A stretch of 64,000 nucleotides of DNA, taken from assembly GCF_006345805.1 (NCBI RefSeq), contig NC_042999.1, forward strand, positions 141,298,001 through 141,362,000, read 5' to 3'. The DNA comes from Octopus sinensis. Lineage: Eukaryota. The translations under genes were made by a program, and so were the position numbers. Of this stretch, positions 54,100-64,000 are shown in pieces (position 1 is the first letter of the stretch; the number at the start of each line of letters is the position of its first letter). The notes below the pieces were generated by a model. It ran no database searches, was not told the origin of the DNA, and saw only the letters and a list, made by a program, of their open reading frames with translations.

Positions 54100-54390
54100 T
54101 AGGGTAGGTAAAATTCCCAAGATCCATGGACGAGTTCTCTCCAGCAGTCTTTATCCCTCATCATCACTGCCATGTCCTGTGTCTCCCAGAGACCTGTGTT
54201 TGTCCTTAGGACATCAACATATATCTTCCAGGGTCTCCCTCTTCTAGTGTGTCCATGTAGGGGCCCCTACAGGAGCACCAAGTGCAGTATTGATTCTGAA
54301 TGACTGAGCATGTCCAGCTAACCTCAGTCTCCTCTGTTATTTTTGAGCTAACTACTGGGAGGCTCTCATACAGCTCTGAGTTCTTCATCC
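54100..54390 (-). mobile_element. Non-LTR retrotransposon C-terminal fragment
   Basis: NSELYESLPVVSSKITE followed by degenerate RLAGH / HTRRGRP-type motifs. Confidence 0.6.
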
Positions 54391-54392
54391 TC

Positions 54393-54425
<33 letters not shown>

Positions 54426-54829
54426 CTATATATAAAACTGAAATGCGTTTTTACCGCTTGGATCGCTTTCAATGCCGCTACGTCCCGTCTGATTCGCTCC
54501 AAAATTTACAGGGACATGTAGAATGAGGTGACGATGCTCGTGGGCTACCTTAGAAATCTCTATCTTAAAAGGTGTGGTTGCTAGGGGCCATCTTCCTCAA
54601 TCACGCTATTTCCTCCTTTCCCTCTCTTACACCCCTTCATTTATAACTTTGAGAAGTCCACTACCATTATTTAAAGTATCTGTCACTCTTGCTATTTCTT
54701 TTCTTTTTCACTGACTCTGTTTCCTAGCTTCCCATCACTTTGGCGGCGTTCTTTTAAGTATCTGTCTGTCACCAACAAACAACACACGAGCATGAGAACA
54801 AATATTATGAATCAGATATTCTTGTGTTC

Positions 54830-54970
54830 ATTTATATGTGTGTGTGTGTGTGTGTGTTCTATATATAAATATGTATATATAATGTATGTGTGTGTGTGTT
54901 CTATATATAAATATGTATATATAATGTATGTGTGTGTGTGTGTTCTATATATAAATATGTATATATAATG
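54830..54970. repeat. Microsatellite-derived ~42-bp minisatellite, 3 copies; the window also has many (TA)n, (CA)n, (AAT)n, (GAT)n tracts
   Basis: GTGTGTGTTCTATATATAAATATGTATATATAATGTAT repeated. Confidence 0.8.
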
Positions 54971-55261
54971 TATATATACAAAGTGTATATATCTGTATTT
55001 ATGTATATTAAACTTTTTCATACTTTTTCATAGTTATATATATTTTTAAACAAATTATAAATATAATTTGATAATTTTTATTTTCAATTTAAATAATTTA
55101 AATTTTTCAATTTTATATTTTATATTTTTTCTATATTATATTTTTTTTTATGTTTTTGTTTTTGGTTTTTCACTGTTTGATTTGCCTATTAGTGGTTTTA
55201 TCTCTAATTTAATTTATACAGATATATATCTCATTTGTATACATTTGTATATATAATGCGT

Positions 55262-55304
<43 letters not shown>

Positions 55305-56125
55305 CACATATATATATAATGTGTGCATTACGTAGTCGGTCGATTCAGCTGAAAATATGCACACCTATGTTAAAAGTGCTGGCAAGTTTGCATGATAACT
55401 ATTTTTTTTCCTCAAATGAAAGGCGTCACCTCTAGGACAAAATTCCTCATCTTATAAAATGTGGCCCCAGTAGACCCGAATGAAATCGGGTTATATTAAC
55501 CAAAATGTGAAAAGGGGTCTAAATGGGGCTGGAAGGGGATTAAAATTTCAAGGAGCGGGTTTTAGGAATTCTCTGTTACATCAAGCTAAAAAATTTGCGC
55601 CAGCCTTTTAATCGTCAATGTGTTGCTGTCCATGATAAAGAAGTTTTGAATGCTTGCCATGGTGAGTCTACTGTCGTGAGAAAGAATCACTTCAAAACTT
55701 GGTGTTTACGAATTTTCTTTTACATCAAGTTCAAAATTTTACGCCAGCCGTTAAACTGTCAATACGTTGTTGTCCGTCGTTAAGAAATGCCAGCCATGGT
55801 GACTCTACTATCCTCAGATTCTATCCCTTCAAACTTTGGTTTCCAATATTTTATTATTTTTATTCAGCTCGCAAGTTCGTCTGTCCCTTTTAAATGTTAA
55901 CGTTTTGCTGTCTGCCTTGAAGCAGACCTTTCCGTTGCCACTGCCTGATATTTATGATTGATCTTTCTAAATATTTTATTTCTCAACTTACTCAAGATCT
56001 GTTGTTTATGAATGGGAGAGAGATAGATAAAGATAGAGAGTAAGAGAAAGTGAGGGAGAGTCCGAGAGAAAAGAAAAGTAAGAGAGTGGGAAAGTGAGAG
56101 AGAAAGGAGAGAGAAACAAAGACGG

Positions 56126-56505
56126 AGAATCATCATCATCATCATCGTTTAACGTCCGTTTTCCGTGCTAGCACGGGTTGGACAATGTGACCGGGGTCTG
56201 GGAAGCCAGGAGGCTGCACCAGGCTCCAGTCTGATCTGGCAGTGTTTCTACAGGTGGATGACCTTCCTTACGCCAACCACTCCGTGAGTGTAGTGGGTGC
56301 TTTTTTCGTGCCGCCGGCACAGGTGCCAGGGGGGCTCGCAGCGGCAACGATCGGTTGGTGCTTTTTATGTGCCACCGGCACAGAAGCAAGTCAAGGCGGC
56401 GCTGCAATCAGCCACGTTTGGATGGTGCTTTTTACATGCTGAAAGGAAGCAACAGAAAGTAACAACCACACTCTTACCCGCGCGTCACCTTCAGCTAGTA
56501 TATAT

Positions 56506-56588
<83 letters not shown>

Positions 56589-57080
56589 CATCATAGTTGT
56601 TTAACATCTGCTTTCCATACTGGTATGGGCTGGATGGTTTGACTGAGGGCTGGCAAGCCTGAAGGCTGCACCAGGCTCCAATCTGATCTGGCAAAGTTCC
56701 TGCAGTTGAATGCTCTTCCTAACGCCAACCACTCCGAGAGTGTAGTGGGTGCTTTTTACATGCCGCCGGCATGAGGACCAGTTGGGCAGTAGTGGCATCA
56801 ACCATGCTTAAATGGTGCTTTTTATGTGTCACTGGCAAGGGAGCCAGCCAGGTGACACTGGCAACAACCACACTCAAATGGTGCTTTTGACGTGTCACCA
56901 GCATGAGTGCCAGTCAGACGGTACTGGCATTGGCAATGATAATGACTTCACTTGACTTAACAGGTTTTTCCAAGCACAGTTTATTGCCCAATAATTGAAG
57001 AGTACTCTTCAATGGGCTGGTTATGCTGCACTGGCATAAGCCACACTTACAGTCTCACTTGGCTTGCCAGGTATTCTCAA
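56126..57080 (-). mobile_element. Two tandem SINEs with RTE-like (GAT)n tail (family C)
   Basis: CATCATCATCGTTTAACGTCCGTTTTCC..GGATG(C)CCTTCCTAACGCCAACCAC; other copies ~2428-2640, 3060-3210, 29030-29390, 37665-37870, 44910-45120. Confidence 0.8.
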
Positions 57081-59759
57081 GTAATTTACCATCAGGACTC
57101 AAAGAGCATAGATGTGAGAGTCTCACATCTACACTCTTTGAGCCCTGATGATAAATAACTATGTGTACTTAACATATTGGGCTTCTAGACATTTTGTCTA
57201 AACCATGTTTTCTTCCACTTTGCTTATATTGTATGCTCTTGGTCTTCACTCTGATGAGTATTTGTTGCCTTAATTTGAATGCTCAATGAAGATGAAGAAT
57301 TTTATTCTCGCATTTATGTATAGACTGCATTCTGGTATTTTGATCAGAAACAGCTGTTAGATTTGTAATGTGTTGCATTGTATCAATAAATATGCTTTAA
57401 AATGTGGTCCTACCGATGCACTGGTTAATCTATGTTTTTCTCCATTTTCTAATTGTGTGCACATTTTGCTACGTCAGAGGTTGGCAGCCAGACAAGTGGT
57501 CGAATCGAGCTGAAAATTGACACTGGCATAGAAGGTGCGATGAGGCAGAGAGTTGAGTAGGTTAAAACTCGCCATCTAGAAAGACGTGGTTGCTATTGTG
57601 AGAAGAGTGATTTTTCTATCTATTCAAAGGGCTCTAAGACCCTCCAGATTGGCGCAATTGGCATCTAGTCTAATCTATAAAATGAAGAAGGCGAACGTTG
57701 ATACAAATTGGATTTTTATGTAAAAGTGGTTGCTTTGGTGTGAAAACGGGGGTTTTATTGATTTTCGAGGACACTTGGAGGACTAGATTAGACAACTTTT
57801 GCTCGATTTCAATCAAATTTTCAACATGGTAAAGTGGAAGCAGATTTGTAATTTAAGCATGGAAAATGGGTTCAAAATTTTGAAAATTAAGGCAAGATTT
57901 TTGAAGTTGAAAAAATTTCTCATTTTTACATATTTTTGCCTTCTATTTTTTATTGTTTACAGTTTCCATTTTTTCTAAAAGAAATTTACCGCTGCATGTA
58001 GCCCATGTTTACAGCTTTCATGCATGGTCAATCATCAAAAAATTCCCAAAATAAGTTCTAAATTTAACAAAGAAATCTTTTTTTTCCTTATTTTTAATTG
58101 CTCAAATAGTGGCACATACAAAAGGCAAGTGTGCTTCTGTTGTCACTGCCTGATATTTATGATTGATCTTTCAAAATATTTTCTTTCTCAACTTACTCAA
58201 GATCTTTTGTTTTTTATAAATGGGAGAGAGATAGATAGAGAAAGATAGAAAGAGAAAGCGAGGGAGAGTACGAGAAAGGAAGAGTAAGAAAGTGGGAAAG
58301 TGAGAGAGAAAGGAGAGAGAAACAAAGAGGGAAAATGTGACGATAAGAAACAAAAAGAAAGCAACAGAAAGTAACAGCCACACCCTCATCCACGCGTAGA
58401 GTGGGTCACCTTAAGCTAGTCTTATATATTAAAAGACAAGTTGTCTGTCTGTGTGTGTTGTGTGAACCACTTCTACTCCTACAATTTTCAACCGAATTTC
58501 ACCAAATTTGACAGGAGTGCTCTCTTTGACTTAGGACGCTTTTTCTTATAATTTTTTCCTCAAAATTCCATGCCTCCAACATAAATAGACTGCTCTCAAT
58601 TCACCTAGGATTTGGCTTGAGCCAGAGAAAAAAACGTGACACACACCTAGCTGGAAAAAATCAATACTTTACTTTGTCAGCCGTGGCGAGCTCTTATCAA
58701 TTGCTTGCACAGTACTGCCAGCAGTATTCATTTGCAAGTTACGATTTGCTTCTGTTTTCACATGAGCGCTTTTTTACATATAATTATTCCAACTTAAACT
58801 AAGCACTTCAAAACTCTTATGCGAAATTAAAAATCCTTAATTCGGTCTCTTTGATTAACATTTTTGCCAACTACATTTTACTAATTTCTGGGTGCTACAC
58901 ATTCACTGCTTTTTCCTTAGGACTTTTTCTATTAAGTTGGAATAATTATATGTAAACTGATAATTTTCCACCATGCCATGACACAAAAGATCCAATATAG
59001 GTTGGCAAACAAATGCTGCAAAGAAAAGGAAACATACGCATGCTAATGAATCTACAGAGGATGCTGTCAGGAGGAACTCTCACAATGCACTTACGACGGC
59101 TTCAGTGCGAAGAAGGGAAAGTGAAGAGCAGCATTGTGATCGGTTAGCACATATTGCTGCGCAATGAGCCACCCAGAGCAATGAGCAATATTCAGCACGC
59201 CGAACAAAAAATGCTTCCTCTACTGCTGCTGCATGAGCTTCAGAGACTGCAGCACAATGTGCAGATCAACTTACAAGAGATGCTTCCTTAACTGCTGTTG
59301 CACGAGCTGCAGAAACTGCAGCACAATATGCTGATCAACTTATAAGAGATGCTGTAGAAACTGCTGCTGCGCATGCTACAGAGACTACAGGAGAAAGACA
59401 ACAATGGATGTTGCTCTATGCAGCGAACAGGAAAACATCAGGTAGCCATACCCTTGTCACCTTATTTATTTCATTAGTGTAATCTTCACAGTATGCTTTC
59501 CGTTAAGTGCCCCCAGTTGTGAGGTAGGCAACAGATACTACACTTTTCATCTTTTTTTGTACAGGCCACACATCAAATTTTTTGTTCAGATAATGTTGTA
59601 TGTGCAACCCAGCGAAACTGCAGGTAAATATACTATTTCTCTTTATTTCATATCTTTATGCTCAACCTTTCCATCTGCTAAACAGCAGTTATGTGGTAAG
59701 GAAATAAAACTCAATTACTGCTGGTTTTTACAGATCGACCTACTGTCCCAATAGAAAAC

Positions 59760-60370
59760 AATGACAATGGTGTGGATATATGACTCTGCATGTTCATTAT
59801 CATTCTGAAAGATTGCGTTTCCCTCCAGACACAGTTCCGCAATCATAGGATGAATTTGATCAGATAAAATGTTTAAACAGTCTTGACCATTAATTCTGCC
59901 AAGGGAAACCATTGGGCTGGTGGATTTCCAAGATATAGCACCCCAACCCCCAGATCATCCTACATGTTTAACAGTTGGAAGAAGGCAGTCTGGGTCAAAT
60001 GATTCTTTTGGCTGTCTCCACACGCATACTCGGCCGTTTTGGTTTTCTTCCAGAGTTTTGTTTTGATGAGGAGGTTTTTCCCTCTCTCAAAGGCTGTGCT
60101 TCTTGATACACCAAACATTTCGGCTGTTTTTGTCACGCTAGTGCCTGCCATATGAGCACCATCAATTTGACCTCTTTGAAAGTTTGATAGATCTGTCATT
60201 TTAATAACCTTTTTCTGGTGATATCTGAAACGAAACAGCAATTTTAGCAAAATGTATTAAGCAACACTAATAATAAATAAAAAAGCATAAAAATAAACAA
60301 TCTTTTGAAGGTTTTATTGATATTTCAAAATTATGATGATAGGTGTTTCCATTATTTTGTCCAACCCCTG
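59760..60370 (-). mobile_element. Truncated Tc1-like transposon
   Basis: One TIR CAGGGGTTGGACAAAATAATGGAAACACC|TA; MTDLSNFQRGQIDGAHMAGTSVTKTAEMFGVSRST; GNAIFQNDN. Confidence 0.75.
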
Positions 60371-60595
60371 TATATATACATATATATACACACTCATATA
60401 TATATACAACAAGCTTCTTTCAGTTTCCATGTACCAAATTCACTCACAAGGCTTTGGTCGGCCCGAGGTTACAGTAGAAGACACCTACCCAAGGTGCCAC
60501 GCAGTGGGACTGAACCCATATACATATATATATATATACATACATATATATATATTCATACATATATACACATATATGTACATACACACACATAT

Positions 60596-61440
60596 ATACA
60601 AATATTCTATAATTATAATCAAGGGTCAGCTAATTGCTTCACCACACACCAAATGTAGAAATAGGAGTTAAAATGTCTTTTCAACTACCATAAAGATCTC
60701 CCAGATAGTAACACGCTTTTTTTTTTTGTTGCTGTCTGGGAGATCTTTATGGTAGTAGAAAAGGCATTTTAATTCCTATTTCTTAATTCAGTGCATGGCA
60801 AAGCATTTAGCTGACCCCTGATTATAATTATAGAATATTTGTATAATTTTACCTAAAAAGGTTATTTTAACGTACCGAACTACTTGGTAAAATTATTAAT
60901 TAATTAATTAATTTTACCCTTTTATTATTATTGAAATATAAGTTACTCCCTGATTGAAAACTGCAATTTCTGCGGGATTACTTGTAACATGCACATACGT
61001 GTTCACATTCGGCTGTATATTTTTGTAAGTGTTGGTTGAATATCGGTTATGAAATGATGCTTGATCATGTACATACTTAGTCCTGACACATTCAAATTTA
61101 CATTTCGAAATGCTACACTGAAGATGAGAAATAATTAAATAAATATAATTTTACTTTAGTCTCAAAATGCATATGTAGCTAATCTGAGTCATTATTTTTT
61201 TCTTTTTGCCTAAGTAAGAAAGTGTGTTACTGTCTGGGAGATCTTTATGGTAGTAGAAAAAGCATTTGAACTCTCATTTCTAAATTCGGTGCGTGGTGAA
61301 GCAATTAGCTGACCCCAGATTATAATTATGTTTATAATTATAGAATATTTGCATAATTTTACCTAAAAAGGTTATTTTAATATATCGAACTACTTAGTAA
61401 AATTATTAATTAATTTTACCCTTTTATTATTATTGAAATA
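60596..61440. repeat. ~115-bp-arm hairpin plus a ~500-bp-spaced direct duplication
   Basis: 60596-60712 inverted versus 60731-60844; 60731-60940 repeated at 61228-61440. Confidence 0.85.
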
Positions 61441-61842
61441 CACACACACACACATATATATAGGCACAGGCGTTGCTGTATGGTATGTAGCTTGCTTACC
61501 AACCACATGGTTCCGGTTCAGTCCCATTGCATGGCTACCCTTGGGCAAGTGTCTTCTACTATAGCCTCAGGCCGACCAAAGCCCTGTGAGTGAATTTGGC
61601 AAACAGAAACTGAAAGAAGCCCATCGTATATATATATGTGTGTATGCTAGTGTTGTCCCCTCACCATCGCCTGACAACTAATGGTGTGTATACGTCCCCA
61701 TAACTTACCGGTTCGGTAAAAGGAACTGATAGAATAAGTATTAGGCTTACAAGAAATAAGTCCTGGGATCGATTTGTTTGACCAAAACCGGTGCTTCAGC
61801 ATGGCCGCAGTCAAATGACTGAAACAAATAAGACTATATCAA

Positions 61843-63302
61843 TCTATATAATAAAAATGGATGTCCGTGTGTGTATATCTGTGTCCACCTATAAAAAAAA
61901 AACTACTGCGTCAATATAAAAACTAAAATGGTAGTGGTCCTGAGTCTCTAACGGCCCTCCGAAGTGAGCTACCGGTCGTTTTCCAGCACGTACAAATTTG
62001 CATTTCAAAAATAAATGAAGGGTCTAAGGGAGATAATTATTATAGCATTAACATACACTACTTCCAAATTAATATTAAAGAAATGGTCTAAGGGACATAA
62101 TCATTATAGGATTTCAAAATACGGTGTGACACTTTTCTGTAGGTATGCTGTGTGTGTAATATAACGCCACAGATAACACGTGTGTGGGAGTGTAGAACTG
62201 TAATAAGCTCCATTACCTCGTATCGCTATAAGTATTATTTTATTTTCGTTCTGTATTTATATTTGTTGAAGATCAGTTTTCTTTTTTCGCTGCTTACCTT
62301 CACAATAGAAACCGTAGATCACTTTTATTTTATTCCCTGCTACTTTCAGAACAGAAACTGTAACTTTAGATTTAACTCCAACATTTTCCCTTTGTTTTAC
62401 ACATTCCACATCAGAATTTATGAAGTCAGCTGTCATTCTCCTATCCTACTTTAGCATATTTGTACAACTTTTTATTTGAAACTATCCATTTTTCCTACAC
62501 ATAAGAAAAAATTCAGTGGGGCACTCTTCTGTAGGTATGCCATATGTGTAATGTAATGACACACACATAACGTGTCATGTGTGTGCATAACTGTAATAAC
62601 CTCTATTACTTTATAATGCTATAAGAAAAAGAGGAGCCGACGTTGAGGGTCGTCCAAGTATAAAATTATTTGACTCAACAATCGGAAAAGTTTCCTCTGT
62701 GCATCCCAGTCACTATGAATGTTTCTTTTTGAGGCTGCTTCTTCATGAAATAAGAGTACTGACTTCCTTCTTCCTAATTGATGGTCAAACTGTTCATAAT
62801 TATACAGAAGCATGTTTAGCCTTAAATTTCTTAGATGGCAATCAGTGGGATAGAACAATGGATTCAGTGTCATGCACACCTATTTCTTTCAGAGATCTTT
62901 TTGTAATTCTTCTCCTGAATTGTGAAGTAAGTAATCCTTTAGTGTTGTGGCACAAATATAAGAATAATTTATCAGAAGACTACAAATGTCTAGCACAATT
63001 AAGATTCCCTGAGAGGAAAATAGCATTCAATGATGACATATATCTCGCTACATTGGTTGATATTGAAGATTGCATTGTATTGACGAGAGGGAAGGAGCTC
63101 GGCAAGTTTGGCTTACCTGAAACTCATCGAAATGAGCTGAATAATTTGATCGGAGAGGTTTTGTGAGAAACTTCATATGATATTGATTCATTAACAAGAT
63201 TCCTTGAAGAAAAAGACCTGAAACTTTCACCAGACCAACAACTTGCATATACAACAATCATTGAACAAGTGACACATAAAAGAAGATTATATTTTTTAGA
63301 TG
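61843..63302 (+). mobile_element. Helitron 5' end plus RepHel central fragment, cut by a SINE
   Basis: A|TCTATATAATAAA; HPSHYECFFLRLLLHEIR..EACLAL..RDLFVILLLNCEVSNPLVLWHKYKNNLSED..FGLP..LSPDQQLAYTTI. Confidence 0.85.
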
Positions 63303-64000
63303 TGGAGGCACATGGCCTAGTGGTTAGAGCAGCTGACTCACAGTCAAGGGATTGCAGGTTCAAATCTCAGACTGGGCGATGTGTGTTTATGAACAAATTT
63401 GTCCTGATCAAAAGGCCTGACGGGGGAAGGCATGGTCTGATATCGAATAAACAAAAATTTATATAAGACATTCTATTGTAAAAATTGCCCAGCAACGACA
63501 GGCTATTCATCTATGAAAGACGTTATAGTTTTATTGTTTCAGTATATTGGTAAAATTTTGATAAATCGTAATATGGTGACTTGAAAGCAAATATAAAAAA
63601 CACTACCTTTCACTTGTTAGTTTTACATTTGCTGTTGGACATATTGTAAAAGTTTTGACTGAGCATACGATCGTTAATTAAGTCATAGGTAAAGTTAAAG
63701 AACAAAGTATTAAAAAAAAACAAACCGATGTTCCCTTCAGTAAACACATTCTTTCCCTCCTGCTGTCTCTCACATTCAGTTGAAAAAAACCGCATTATTT
63801 ATGGGATGACCCAATATGCACACACAAACATACACAAACACAGCACAAGCTCAAATGTTTAATCATTGTACTTTTACAATTGTAAGTACATTCTGTTAAA
63901 GAATAGATTTGAGTAAAATTATGTACAATGATTAGTAAAGAAAAATAATAACTTCTTAAAGTCATTTCTATAACAGAAAAACTTTTCACCTTTGTCAAAT

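Larger units (their letters stand above)
54425..59450 (+). mobile_element. Chain of non-autonomous Helitron pieces interrupted by SINEs
   Basis: TC-TATATATAAA 5' ends (53325, 54425, 58420); CTAG 3' ends (~56497, 58419); shared block 55930-56120 and 58135-58330; MPxxKRSNIG-type N-terminus at 58973. Confidence 0.7.

Noticed and set aside
54830-54970. CRISPR-like repeat array
   Set aside because: Tandem units without unique spacers, in eukaryotic microsatellite context

Overview
AT-rich, repeat-dense animal genomic DNA. The SINE and microsatellite vocabulary looks like octopus or another coleoid cephalopod, which is an inference from recognition and not a database result. Two conserved genes are supported. 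(1) The first coding exon of EDEM1 on + (197-456); I could not find any further EDEM1 exon in the window. (2) An essentially complete GCAT/kbl (2-amino-3-ketobutyrate CoA ligase) on -, as 11 phase-compatible GT-AG exons from 42077 to 22207, with the start exon uncertain. The rest is mostly TE debris: three SINE families, R4/Dong-, RTE- and CR1-type LINE fragments, several Tc1/mariner/pogo elements and MITEs, a hAT MITE, many Helitron pieces, and large foldbacks. Best leads: a candidate spliced 48-codon micro-gene on - (17938-14705) beneath a local CpG-rich patch; possible nesting of GCAT inside EDEM1 intron 1 (partly contradicted by the CpG landscape); hammerhead-ribozyme-like motifs of Penelope type; and long intronic hairpins that would be A-to-I editing substrates. 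No rRNA, tRNA gene or CRISPR array is supported. All alignments and counts were done by eye; TE boundaries without stated termini are approximate.
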